Positions 1-13,066 of a DNA stretch of 64,000 bases are shown here, in pieces. Under the pieces are notes generated by a model, which was given only the letters and a program-made list of their open reading frames with translations, searched no databases and was not told the origin of the DNA. The DNA is from Octopus vulgaris. Taxonomy: Eukaryota. The position numbers and the translations under genes were made by a program. Location: the NCBI GenBank assembly GCA_951406725.2, contig OX597825.1, positions 53,010,001 to 53,074,000 on the forward strand, in the 5' to 3' direction. Position 1 is the stretch's first letter, and the number at the start of each line of letters is the position of its first letter.

Positions 1-845
1 GTTTGAGGAAGTGGGAAAAGGAATGCTGCCCATCATATCTGCAGAACATTCAAGATGTATTTGAGAATGAACTTGAATATCTGAAGTTCAACATTTGTTA
101 AGGAGGATATAAAAAAACCATGGGCTGGGATGCAGCTGGATGTAATGGGCCTAACGCAGATGCTTACATGTGAGCAAACCATGTTACAGACACCCAGATA
201 CCAGATGAATGTAGTAATCTGGAAGTCGTGATAAACCTTCCTCTATTAGGTGGAAGTGTCAATGTATCTCAACTAAGTGTCCCATTTTACTCTGAAAATA
301 CTTGAAACAAATATGGTGGTTGTTGGTCTAACAATTTTTATGTATATGAATTTATATTTATAGGTTAAAAAAAATTATGAACAAAAAATAAATCAATAAA
401 ACGATGGATAAATCGAACTCACAGTATACAGGCAGGAAAATAATTTAGTTCATTCGTCTCGGGAGTTTCACAGAATTTACCGTTTTTCTCTAAGATGTAT
501 TGACTAAATGATTTAATGATTCACAGTAAAGCCACACGTGAGATACAAATTAGGTGCTTAGCAGCCATCCCCAATGAAATATTCCTGGAGGTCAGTCCTG
601 CTAAATTGACTCGATTAAGAATATCTTTATCTATAGACATCGTTTAACACGATGTTTTGATGTTGCTTTGAAGATTGCAGCCATGATCCATTAATATCCA
701 TAAAAATTACAGTAAACTGGATTATATCCATGCAATTATACAGTGTCATTGTGATTTTATCAAATAGGTTATTGATTAGGTTGTGCTGTAAACCTATATG
801 AATGAGAATATAAGAGATGAGACAGAGATAGATAGATAGGTTGAA

Positions 846-876
<31 letters not shown>

Positions 877-1125
877 GGGAGAGAGAGAGAGAGAGAGAGA
901 GAAAGAATCATTCTCTCTGTGTTGGTTAATACTGATAGGAGCAAAATCAATTATGCCATTGTTAGCTTATAACAACCAGTTGTCACCAGATGGTTAAGTG
1001 GTAGTTAATGGTTGTAATAGCTGTAGGAAATAGCAGAAATATTTCAACAATGACTTTTGCTTAGCAAAGCGGTTCTCTTTCTCCATGGTACATGTATTCT
1101 ATATAACACACATACATCACAGAGT

Positions 1126-1335
1126 AGGTGGCAAGCAGGCAGAATAGTTATCATGCCGGGAAAAATACTTGGTTGCATTACGGTTTTATGTTCTAAGTTC
1201 AAATTCCGCCGAGGCCGACTTTGCATTTCATCCTGTCGGGGTCGATAAAATAAATACCAGTTGCGCAGTGGGGCTGATGTAATCGACATAGCTCCTTTCC
1301 CAAAGCTGGTCTTCTGCTAAAATTTGAAGCCACCA
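1126..1335 (+). mobile_element. tRNA-derived SINE with Nin/Deu-like domain (octopus-type)
   Basis: GGCAGAATAGTTA box-A-like head, GTTCAAATTCC box B, then GACTTTGCATTTCATCCTGTCGGGGTCGATAAAATAAATACCAG; more than 10 homologous copies in the window. Confidence 0.8.
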
Positions 1336-1559
1336 TTATGAATACGACAACAACAACAGCAACAACAACATCTGTAGCAACAATAGTAAATCAGTAAATC
1401 CGAAACAACCTCAAAACCAGAACTATTTTTGCTACTGTACAGAAAACGTGGGTTAATATGGCGTTGGAAAACAACCCAGACTTTAACGTGAGGCAACGAC
1501 ACTGCTTAACCAGGACGGATATGGACGTATTTCTCCAGGAAAAAAAAAATAAAAAGGGC

Positions 1560-2040
1560 GCTCATCTACAAATGTATCAACAATAAAAGTTGAAGGGTTG
1601 AAAACCCAACTCTAGCACGAGCAGAGGAAGCTTCAAGGAGCAGTAAGAATCAGTGTGGAATCTAAGAAAAAGAAAACTGTTTGGAAGCATAGTAGTTCTC
1701 TTCGCTAACAAACAAGAACCTATAAAAGTAGTCACAGTTACTTGCCTCTCTGACAAATATGTCCTCATATCGTCTTATTTAGGAAAACTTTTCATGTAAG
1801 GTGACACTGAATATGCTTCCCGAAATTACCTCAACTACTTTCGAATGATGGAGGAGTACGGAGAGATTATGAATATGAAAGCTGCCTTGCACAAAAAGTG
1901 GGCCGAATTATAAGTTAAGTGTTTCAAATGCAGCTTACTCAAGAAGATTTACAAAAGCAGATTTTCCTGGAGTACGGAAGACTACAATCATCTCATACAA
2001 AGAGCAGGCTACATCTTGTACATAGTTTCTAATGTTGGAC
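1560..2040 (+). pseudogene. Possible decayed L1/Tx1-like ORF1 fragment
   Basis: Broken frames give SSYLGK, EEYGEIMNMK and MQLTQEDLQK, reminiscent of Tx1 ORF1; multiple stops and frameshifts. Confidence 0.25.
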
Positions 2041-2044
2041 CGTT

Positions 2045-2210
2045 GAAACGTACAATTTTCTTTCATTCTCTCTGTTTATTTTTTATTATTCCTTTCTGTC
2101 GAAGAGCATAGGCTCAAAATGTAATAGACTTTTACATTTTTCTCGAGCGTCAAACTAATGCACTTGCTTGTTGTTCATACATCTGTCTTCGTCTTTTGCT
2201 TTTCTATAAA
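2045..2210 (+). mobile_element. Penelope-like pLTR remnant, family A (degenerate hammerhead at 2092-2128)
   Basis: Homologous to 42300-42465 (+) and 3125-3205 (-); CTTT-CTGTCGA-A-GAGC-ATAG-GCTC-AAAA-TG-TA-ATAG; ends at a (TA)n tract. Confidence 0.55.
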
Positions 2211-2472
2211 TTATATATATGTATATAAATAAATATATATTTAAATATATATATATAAGCAATAATAAATCTCTGAACGAGATATAAACAGTAACCGCTC
2301 GACAACGTAAGGTGTACTAGCCATCTGAATGTGGCTAGCCACTGGGGGTGGGGTGTTACTGATGCTTTTAGCCCCAGGCGATCAACGTCACCAGATGGAC
2401 TTTAGACACAATCTCAGTGCCCTTGTGTTATTTGCAAAGGGAGGTCATCCTCCCTCGAAAATCTAAGTGCTA

Positions 2473-2517
2473 CATACGGACTATAGTTTCAAGGTAATTG
2501 CCTCTCGTCAACGCATG
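2473..2517 (-). ncRNA. Minimal type-I hammerhead ribozyme motif (C3U variant or decayed)
   Basis: Minus strand: CATGCG-TTGACGA-GAGG caatta CCTT-GAAA-CTATAG-TC-CGTATG; stem I CATGCG/CGTATG, palindromic stem III ACTATAGT, GUC cleavage triplet. Confidence 0.7.
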
Positions 2518-2971
2518 GTAAACACCGGTTTTCGATGAAAGAAATTAAATAATATTTAACGTTTTTCACAGCAACCACTGTCACTGATTTAGAAAAACTG
2601 TCCGAAAGCAATAATGTCACGCTAATTCAAATGTTATTTCTTTATGGCTTGATTTAAATCTCTTTATGTTTATGCATTCCGGGTTCGATAGGGTAAATAC
2701 CAGTTAATCATAATAAATGTGTCAGACCTCACAAATATCTGGACATGTGTTAATATGAGAAAAGTTTATTTACATTTCTTTTCCTTGTGTAGGCATGTGT
2801 ATGTGTGTGTGTGTGTGTGTGTGTGTAGTAAATACACGTGTCTATGTGCATATGTATGTTTATTAGTGTGTTCGTGTTTGTGTATATGCATGTTCAATTT
2901 TGTTTTTGTGTGTGTAGGTGTTTTCGTATATTTATGTATATATATATATGTATACCTCTAAATATATGTAT

Positions 2972-3010
<39 letters not shown>

Positions 3011-3049
3011 CAGACCAAAGTCTACGTACGCCGGTATATATCTATCTAA

Positions 3050-3122
<73 letters not shown>

Positions 3123-3124
3123 AG

Positions 3125-3205
3125 AAAGAGTTCACGAAAAAAAACAAAAGACGAAGAGAGGTTGTGTACAAAACAAACAGATGTATTAGTACAACGCTCA
3201 GGAAT
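3125..3205 (-). mobile_element. 3' fragment of Penelope-like pLTR family A
   Basis: Reverse complement matches 42388-42462 (TTCCCGAGCGTTATACTAAT...GTCTTCGTCTT...TTCGTGAA); flanked by (TG)n and (TA)n. Confidence 0.55.
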
Positions 3206-3570
3206 ATATATATATATATATATATATATACACTCACACAAAATGGGACAAGAACGCAAACCATCCAGATAGACGATACAAAGAAAACAAGGACGGGTCA
3301 TTCGAAGTTTTCTTTCTTCAGTCGAGTTCCAGATTATCTTTGCAATTTCGGCTGGTTATACTCGAGATTGCTCCAATCTGGCCAGCCCCAAGCAAAACTA
3401 AGCTAAGAGCATTGGATTCCTTAGAAGAAAGCAGCGAAGGTATACGAAAACAAGGAAGAAAAATACGGAGAATGTTGCTCAAATACAAATAACAGGACAT
3501 AACAATAGGTGTTTTCGAGTAAGGAAGAATTTAATTAAACTGGTACAGGGAAGTATGTATGTATGTATAT

Positions 3571-3656
3571 CTTTTATTAAAAGCAGCAGAAATATTACAA
3601 AAGATATCACAAATATTGTTACTCAGTGTTTCACGTTCCCGTTCGTTGGACAATAT
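3571..3656 (-). mobile_element. Penelope-like pLTR remnant, family B, with hammerhead motif at 3614-3655
   Basis: Minus strand TATTGT-CCAACGA-ACG ggaa CGT-GAAA-CACTGAG-TA-ACAATA; homologous to the arms of the 42043-42224 palindrome. Confidence 0.65.
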
Positions 3657-3786
3657 GAATGTATGTGTGCATCTATATGGGTGTGTGTTGATGTATACAT
3701 ACACACACACACACATATATATATGTGTATATGTATATACGTCTATATATATGATACATGTATACATGCATATATACATGAATATA

Positions 3787-4349
3787 CGAGGATGAGTCAA
3801 AAAGTAATGCCATTTTGTTTAGGATAAGCATAATTACCAACATAGGAACATGGATCATACATCAAAATGAAGCTGGTCCTCTGTGGATCACATCCATACC
3901 TCTCCACATAGTCACTGTTTCTCTCTCTAGCAATGTTCCACCTTCAAATGAGAGCATGTATCCCTGCCCCGTAAAATTCTGCTGACTGTTCTTTGAGCCA
4001 CTTCTTCACTACAGTTTTCACTTCTTCGTCACTGGAATAATTTAGCGCCTTCAGACTATCATCTCATCGGCCCCATGAAAGAGGGTTTGAGGGGTAAACA
4101 TTATGCCAGTGACGAGGAAGTGAAAACTGTACTGAAGAAGTGGCTCAAAGAACAGTCAACAGAATTTTACGGGGCAGGAATGCATGCTCTCATTCGAAGG
4201 TGGAATATTACTATAGAAGGAAACGGTGACTATGTTGAGAAGTAGAGATGTGATCCACAGACCACCAGCTTCATTTTGCTGTATGATATATGTTCCTGTG
4301 TTGGTAATTATACCTGTCCTAAACAAAATGGCATTATTTTTGACTCACC

Positions 4350-4352
<3 letters not shown>
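3787..4352. mobile_element. Fold-back non-autonomous mariner (two inverted 3' ends)
   Basis: Arms 3787-4041 and 4100-4352 are inverted copies; ends CGAGGATGAGTCAAAAAG / TTTTTGACTCACCCTC, flanked by TA; internal transposase C-terminus. Confidence 0.9.
4042..4245 (+). pseudogene. Mariner (DD34D) transposase C-terminal fragment
   Basis: Translates LAPSDYHLIGPMKEGLRGKHYASDEEVKTVLKKWLKEQSTEFYGAGMHALIRRWNITIEGNGDYVEK*, matching the (YSPD)LAPSDY and terminal GDYVE motifs. Confidence 0.9.
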
Positions 4353-4398
<46 letters not shown>

Positions 4399-4410
4399 TA
4401 CATATATACG

Positions 4411-5098
<688 letters not shown>

Positions 5099-6438
5099 GT
5101 AGTCCAGTACAGTTTTAACATCATTAACTGGAACCTTACGGAACTCCAACGCTTGGACAGGAAGACAAGAAAGTTACTGACATCCAAGAGCATGCACCAC
5201 CCTAAGGCAGATGTAGACCGCTTGTACCTACCTAGAAGCAGCGGGGGAGAGGAATGATGCAATTAGAGCTGTGCTATAAGACCTCTACTGTAGGAATGAA
5301 CAGGTACCTATCTAGTACAAAGGACTGGATGCTGCGACTTGTGTGCGAACACGAAAGCAGCAAAAAGCTGCATTCTATTGTCAAGGAAGCTTATAAGTTC
5401 GAAAGGGAACTAGACGTTAACCTTGAATCAGATGAAGAGTCGGAAACCACTGCTACCAAGCAAGCAAAGCGAATCAAGCAGACTGCAAAAAAGAACGGGC
5501 AGAATCAAATTGAGAGGCGGTGGAGCCAGAAGCCCCTGCATGGACAATATATTCTCCGAAGCCAAAATGCTGATGTAGACCAAGCAACAACCCATCAGTG
5601 GCTGAAGAGCTCTGGATTGAAAGCAGAGACTGAAGGCTTCATAATGGCAGCACAAGATCAAAGCTTGTTTACCAGAAATTACCAGGCTAACGTTCTCCGA
5701 AACGGTACTGACCCTAAATGCAGATTCTGTGACACATTTGACGAAACAATAGACCATCTCGTTTCGGGATGTCCTGTGCTGACACCAAACGAATACAAAA
5801 ATCGCCACGATAGGGTAGGACAGTATATACATTGGAAGATATGTAAACACTACAAATCCGACACTCCTGCTAACTGGTATGAACACCATCCTCAGCCAGT
5901 TGTTGAAGGTAAAGATGTCACCATCCTCTGGGATTTTCCAGTCAACACTGACAGAACGATCAAGGCTAATCGACCAGACATAATTGTGAAAGTCAGGGAA
6001 GAAAATACCTGCAGACTAATAGAAGTAAGCGTCCCCACTGATAAAAATGTATCTGTCAAGGAATTTGACAAATTTAGTAAATATAAGGACCTGGAAATCG
6101 AAATACAGAGGATGTGGAATCTTAAAACAAAAACTGTTCCTGTTATTGTAGGTGCCCTAGGTATGATAAAAAAGGGATGTCAGAAACACTTAGACAATAT
6201 CCCTGGAAAACCATGTCTCAAGGAAATCCAAAAGATTGTGCTAACAAGTACTGCCCACATCCTTAGAAAAACCCTATCAATGTAAATGTTTGTGTTTGCA
6301 TTACATGGAGATATATCTCTACTTCCCCTCCCAAGCTTTCAGCTATATTTCAACAACTCTTAACCTTCACTTGCCCTAGGGCGCTGGGTGTGCTCCGGCA
6401 AGTGATTGCATCAAACATGCAGATTAAAAGTAAATGAC
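5099..6438 (+). mobile_element. 5'-truncated R4/Dong-type RLE non-LTR retrotransposon, copy 1
   Basis: Begins abruptly after (AAT)n with VVQYSFNIINWNLTELQRLDRKTRKLL..MHHPKADVDRLYLPRSSGG, then one frameshift into the 343-aa ORF; 3' UTR ends in (AAT)n. Confidence 0.92.
5254..6285 (+). CDS. C-terminal linker, CCHC zinc knuckle and restriction-like endonuclease of an R4/Dong-type retrotransposon (partial)
   Basis: KPLHGQY, AAQDQ, CRFCDTFDETIDHLVSGC, RHD, RPDII, LIEVSVP, KFSKYKDL, VPVIVGALG motifs; 343 aa with no stop. Confidence 0.9.
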   Translation: MMQLELCYKTSTVGMNRYLSSTKDWMLRLVCEHESSKKLHSIVKEAYKFERELDVNLESDEESETTATKQAKRIKQTAKKNGQNQIERRWSQKPLHGQYILRSQNADVDQATTHQWLKSSGLKAETEGFIMAAQDQSLFTRNYQANVLRNGTDPKCRFCDTFDETIDHLVSGCPVLTPNEYKNRHDRVGQYIHWKICKHYKSDTPANWYEHHPQPVVEGKDVTILWDFPVNTDRTIKANRPDIIVKVREENTCRLIEVSVPTDKNVSVKEFDKFSKYKDLEIEIQRMWNLKTKTVPVIVGALGMIKKGCQKHLDNIPGKPCLKEIQKIVLTSTAHILRKTLSM

Positions 6439-6483
<45 letters not shown>

Positions 6484-6486
<3 letters not shown>

Positions 6487-7092
6487 TACCAGGCCAATGT
6501 GATGAAAAATGGAGCAGACCCAAAATGCCGATTCTGCAACGACATGATTGAAACAGTGGACCACCTAATCTCTGGATGTAAAGTCTTAGCTCCAGTGGAG
6601 TATAAATTAAGACATGACAGAGTTGGCCAATATCTACACTGGCTAATAAGTCGGCATTACAATATCAAAACTGCCGACAAGTGGTATAATCACCACCCTG
6701 AGGCTGTAACTGAAGGAGAAAATGTAACCATTCTGTGGGACTTTCCAATACATACAGACCGAACCATCAAGGCCAATAAACCAGATATTGTTGTGAAAGA
6801 CCAAAACAATAAATTTTGCTTATTGATCGACATGAGCATCTCCTGTGATCATAATATCTCAGCGAAAGAGTTTGACAAGCTCAGAAAATATAAAGACCTA
6901 CTCATTGAAAGTGAGAAAATGTGGCATCTCAAGGCGGTTACAATACCAGTGATCGTAGGAGCACTAGGAATGATCAAGAAGGGAACCGAAAATTATATGA
7001 GAATGATCCCTGGCTTACCATCCCTGCAAGAAGTGCAAAAGATTGTCTTAACTGGTACATCACACGTATTGAGAAGCGCATTGTCGATGTGA
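6484..7092 (+). CDS. CCHC knuckle plus RLE endonuclease domain (partial)
   Basis: NYQANVMKNGADPKCRFCNDMIETVDHLISGC, RHD, KPDIVV, LIDMSI, KLRKYKDL, IPVIVGALG; the N-terminal polyN in the track ORF is the microsatellite. Confidence 0.88.
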
Positions 7093-7262
7093 GAACTGTT
7101 GCTGCTAATGTATTTTAATTTAACTTAAAAAAAAAAAAAAATGAACGAACTATTGAGTTTGGTTTAATGGCCTACCAATGTATACTATGAGTTTCTTTAC
7201 CGTAGGAGTCGGGAAGACACTCGGCAAGAAATGCAAGCAAATTTGAAAGAAGAAAAAAAATG
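6484..7262 (+). mobile_element. 5'-truncated R4/Dong-type retrotransposon, copy 2 (different subfamily)
   Basis: Starts within the (AAT)n tail of copy 1 and ends in (AAT)n at 7263-7333; diverged from copy 1 at many synonymous sites. Confidence 0.92.
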
Positions 7263-7334
<72 letters not shown>

Positions 7335-7459
7335 GTCCTCTCAGGAGGGGCGAGTTGATTACATTGACCTTCATTGCTCAGCTAGTGCTTATCTAATGCT
7401 ACATGTATTAACCTTCTATCTACATAAATTCTGCTAGTGATACCTGAGCCAGGTCGAAG

Positions 7460-7568
<109 letters not shown>

Positions 7569-7569
7569 G

Positions 7570-7752
7570 ACCAGAAATGAAATTTTGTCGGGTGACGACT
7601 GGCCGATGCCATTATTCCAGTACTTGAATGGTTTTTATTTTGTCAGCCTCGTAAGCATGTAAGGCAAAGTGAATTTTGTGATCTGAACTCAAAACGAATA
7701 AAATAAAGCCGCTACAAAATATTTGACACTGAAACGATTACGTTAATCTTCC
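7570..7752 (-). mobile_element. Decayed Nin-domain SINE
   Basis: Reverse-complement similarity to 1126-1335 (TTTATTTTGTCAGCCTCG..AAGGCAAAGT..TGAACTCAAAACG). Confidence 0.55.
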
Positions 7753-8203
7753 AAATGAGAGTTACGTAATTAAACATATTCCATTACTTACTGATTCCGA
7801 AGAACCGCTATTACTACTGTTTAATAGAGCAAACTGAAATTTAAGTTCTATGACTCTTTCTAGAGATTGTTTGACCTTTATTCCTCCTCTATACCATGAA
7901 ACCATTATAAAAGTATTACAACACAAATATATTTAACACCACAACTGAACTTTCTATCATGATACAAAATGTTGTTGGCGGATTTTTTTCCTCTTCAAAG
8001 ATTAAATATTCTTTTAGATCTTTTAATCGGAATTAACGAAAATGAAGAACAAGAAAACCAGAAAAATATTTTGCTAAAATACGATGTGACATTTTCCTTC
8101 GCTTTGTTTCCCAATATATTTTCAACAAAAAGAAAAAAGAAGAGTAGAAATTATAATAATTAAAATCAATAATGAAACTGCAGCTGCTGCTGTTACTACT
8201 ACA

Positions 8204-8257
<54 letters not shown>

Positions 8258-8752
8258 GCTACTATTGCCGCTGCTGCTGCTGCTGCTGCTCAATGTATAA
8301 TTAACCATTTACTGGTTCTAAATGCGAATTTTGGTGAGCAAACTATTTAGAAATAATTCCAAGATATTTTTGAAAAATTGAATTCCATGTAATCAAAGAC
8401 ATAAAGACATACCTTCGTACATACGTAAATATATATGTGTGTGCGTGAGTGGGTGTATGTGTGTGTATGTGTGTGTGCGTTTGCGTGTGTTTGTGTGTGT
8501 GTGTCGACGTATGTATTAGCATGGAGAAAAACAACCAAAGTGGAAAACGGAAAAATAATAGTATAAATATTTGGACTACAATAGCAACAATAACAACGGT
8601 AATAATGAGAAAAGAAAAATAAGTGGACGATGATGATGATGATTACAACGACGTAGAAGTTGCTGTGGATGACTGTAACAATAATTACAATATTACAACT
8701 ACAGCCACCACCACCACCACCACCACCGCCGCTGCTGCTGCTGCTACTGTTG

Positions 8753-8816
<64 letters not shown>

Positions 8817-10292
8817 AGCATAGTTATGAGGAGAAAGAATACTAAGACTAAAACGAACATTTCTGACATTGCTCCCAACAGCATTATCCTTGTAGTCATT
8901 ACTAAATTTATATTACATATTATCATAGCAATAGCGTCACTAGCAACAATACCCGCAGTACAAACAATACCACTAACCTTTCTGCTACGAATGTTATCAT
9001 CATCGCTTCCATCACCACCATCGTTACAATCCTTCACCACTTTCAACACCAATAATTTTAACACTTACATACTCACCACCAACACAGCATATACAAATCT
9101 TCTGTAATGTACGCATCTGGAATGTAACACCCTTTCCAAATTTCACTTTCATTTGAGGTCCCTATGCATATCAACAGATAACTAGCCAATATAAATAGGA
9201 CATTGAGAATAATTGCTCTGGTTTCTTTGCTCCATGCACCGCATAGAAATACTATATAGTTACCCAATAAATATGCTTGCTCATTAGAAGGTATGAGATG
9301 ATGTCGCATTGCAGACACAAAATAATTCAATTTTCAAAAATCTGTCCCGAAATGCAAATAGATGTAAATATTTGATATCGTAATATTAGTAAAGATAGTG
9401 GTGGAGGTACTGCTTACTCATTCTAGTAATATTTTATTTAAATCAGGTAACAAGATTACCAAGGAACTAACCGGAAAAGAATGATAATTTAAAGATACTG
9501 GATACAATGGTCATGGGTACGTACTAACAAGATTTAACGGCCAAGGATAGACTTCGTCAAAGCCAATGGAGACAGAAACAGAATTATTATTTAGAGAAAG
9601 TATATATATGATAATGAAACTAAATGGTTTAGATTAGTGAACCGACCATTTGAGCAATGAAATGTAACAATGTGGCAATAATCAAAACATCGCTAATTGA
9701 CGGAGTAAACGAACGATATCCCAGAGAAACTTTATAGAAGAGCAAAAGTGAGCAACAGAGGCAAAACTACTGGTGCATTAGCCAATGAAAAGAAGCAAAA
9801 TGACTATAATTCAAAGACAAAACAGAGATAAAAATAATCTTTATCATATATACCCCTTACGAAAAAAGAAGAAAAAGAAAACAATAAGAAAATAGACGTA
9901 GAAGAATGAGCACGCTTCTATGTATATAAAATATATCTATAAAAATTTTTTTAAAAGTTCATAATGGAGGGAAACTAGAGACGCAAAAACTTCAATTCAG
10001 AATAAACAACATACTCTGAACTATGCACTGAGTACTATGTATCTCATGCGTTTACAAACTAATATTTCAATGCATACTCGCACGCACACATATGTGTGAG
10101 TGTGTGTGTGTGGTAATATATGTGTGGATATATATATATATACGGAGAAAGAGAGAAACAGACAGACCGTCAGACAAGGACAATAGAGAAAGACAGAGGA
10201 ATATGACTACACACACGTATATGTATGCAGCTATCTACCCATATCTATATCAGTATATGAATGTGTATATCTGTGTATGCATGTGTGCGCGT

Positions 10293-10342
<50 letters not shown>

Positions 10343-11867
10343 CTGTGTAAGTGCTGAAGTGTGTCGGTGTACGTACTTACGTGAACACAGAATCATGCAG
10401 ACACAAACAAGTATAAATGTTATTTTCTCCTCCTTTGACAGTTGGAAGCATATTGTCTCTTTTGACATTATACACCGAGAAAAAACAGAAGCAATAACCA
10501 TAGTGACAACAGGCAAACGTATATGTGTGTGTATGTATGTATGTATGTATGTATGTATTTGTATATACATATATGTGTGTGTATAATTTATAGACGTACG
10601 CACACACAGATACATAATGGTAATGCGTACACGAGTGCATATATACACAGGTTAATATATGTATAAAAGCATTTATTGAATATACATTACTTTGACCTGT
10701 TATACATACAGTGCACATACGCAAATACACACATATACACGTATATATACTTTGATGTGTGTGAGTACTAGTATGGAAATAGAGTGTGGGACGATATATT
10801 TCGGCAAGAAAAATTATATATAATAGAGTGTGTGTACATATGTATGTGTGTGCGTGCGTGCGTGTGAGTGTGCGTTTGTATGTGTGTCTGTGCATATATA
10901 TATCTATATATATATATATATAGATATATATATATACACACATACATACATACATATGCATATGTGTGTTTATGATCTGAATGAATTCATGTGTATGCCA
11001 GTATGCACTTGAATGCATACAGTTATACTTTTTATTTTAGTGTATGGACATATACATAAACGTGCACAATACCTTACTGTTGAAATTTTAGCACCATCAT
11101 CTTAGTATCCATCATTTATGTAGGCTCACGCAAAATTATACACATACACTCATATGCATTCGTACGCATGTGTTTGCATATATATATGTACATACACACA
11201 CATATGCATATGTATACACACACACACACACTTATATATATAGCTGTAGACGTGCACACTTCTACCTGTCTCCACTTACGCACACCTTCATGTTTTACTA
11301 TACACTCAGTTTCCTTGAATACCAACCAATCCGTAATTTCAATACTGTAGCATTCACGTAATATAGTGAACTGGTGATGTTGATTTTTTTTATCTTTAAT
11401 GTGAAGAAGTAAATTCTAATTCACTGAAAATAAATGAAAAGCAGTGTTATGAAGATTTCAAAAGACGTATTAATTTTTAATACCTGAACATGAATAGCTT
11501 TAATGAATCCAGTCAATCTTTTGCAACTATCTTGTCTTCGAAATATGTTTCTGAGAGATTTTAGAGAAACCACAGTTATGGTTTATACTATCTTCCTGAA
11601 GCACTGGCGCGTGTTGAGCATAGTAAATACCACCGTATCCTATGTCTAATGTAATAGTGTTGTTGTGTGGTTAGTGCACAGTTGGTATACTCAGTTGATG
11701 TAGTATTGGTGTTGTGAAATTGTAATACAGAAGCCGGGAGTAGTAGAGAAATATTGGTGTAGGTAATATTGCAATAGACTAGTGTATTTAGAGTAAAAAA
11801 ATAAAACTGTTTATATTTAATTATATAATAGAACTGAATAAAATAGCGAATATTATAGATATGTGGT

Positions 11868-12065
11868 AGAGCGGCAAGCTGGCACAATCGTTAGCACGCC
11901 TGGGAAAATGCTTAGCGGCATTTCGCCTGTCTTTATGATCTAAATTCAAATTCCGCCGAGATTGACTTTGCTTTTCATCATTTCCGGGTAGATAAAATAA
12001 GTACCAATTGCGTACTGGAGTTCGATGTAATCGACGTACCTCAGTCCCCGAATTTGGAATCAATA
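11868..12065 (+). mobile_element. tRNA-derived Nin-domain SINE
   Basis: GCGGCAAGCTGGCACAATCGTTAGCACGCC...ATTCAAATTCCGCCGAG..GACTTTGCTTTTCATC...GATAAAATAAGTACC. Confidence 0.85.
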
Positions 12066-13035
12066 TTTTAAACGTGTGGCGATTAACAATTTTGGTAGTG
12101 GCACCCTTTAATGAAAAATGTAAAAGTAAGATAAAAAGATGTTAATGATGCAATCAATTCAGTATTATGATACAGGAGTGTAATGAAGTAGAAGTTTGAT
12201 GCAGGTGGATCAGTAGTGATTTTTCCTTACCTGCAGCTTGTGTCGGAATTTAGACTAAAATTCGTGTGTGTCTGAAGAGATTTAATAGGTTGAAACAAAG
12301 GACATTTTTGTGATTTGTTGGTTATGGGTTCAAAACTTTTATATGCATATACACGTGTGTGTGTGTGTATATATAAGTAGATGTGTATATATAAATGTGT
12401 GTGTGTGTGTGTGTGAGACCACGAGACTTCTTATGGAACTGCGATCATTCTCTGTTGATTCATAGAGTACTTATATACAAAATCAATACTGCTCAACCAT
12501 TAGCAATTGATACTTTTCGCACTTGTACTCTGATAATACTTATATAAATATTATAATTAATGCTCAAATGCCAATGATTTTTCATGATAATTACACTTGG
12601 ATTAAGTATAACGGTTGATGTGAGTGTAGGCAGTTAAAATGGAGCAGGCAATTCGTGAGCTTGTTGTTAACTATGTATTAGATTAGCTTCATAACTAATA
12701 TTCAGATTAAAATTACGCATTTAACGAAAAGACGATCCGATCATATCACGTCTATCAAATGCCTGTTCACGCAGTCAAGTGGATACGAAATATTCTTAAG
12801 AAACAACCGTAGAGATTTACTTTAAGAACCATATTCAACACTAATATTAAAATTGTCACTTTCATTGTTGCACCTCAATATCTAAATACTGGCAAGTACA
12901 TTCCTTAAACGAAGACTAATGAGATGCCGATTCATCTATACATATACATACATACACGCAAGCACACACATATATATATATATATCTATGTATATATATA
13001 TATATATACATACGAGTATGTATGTATATACATAC

Positions 13036-13066
<31 letters not shown>

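Noticed and set aside
6406-6483. N-terminal extension MHQTCRLKVND-polyN of ORF 6406..7092
   Set aside because: It is the 3' UTR and (AAT)n tail of the upstream element read through by chance.
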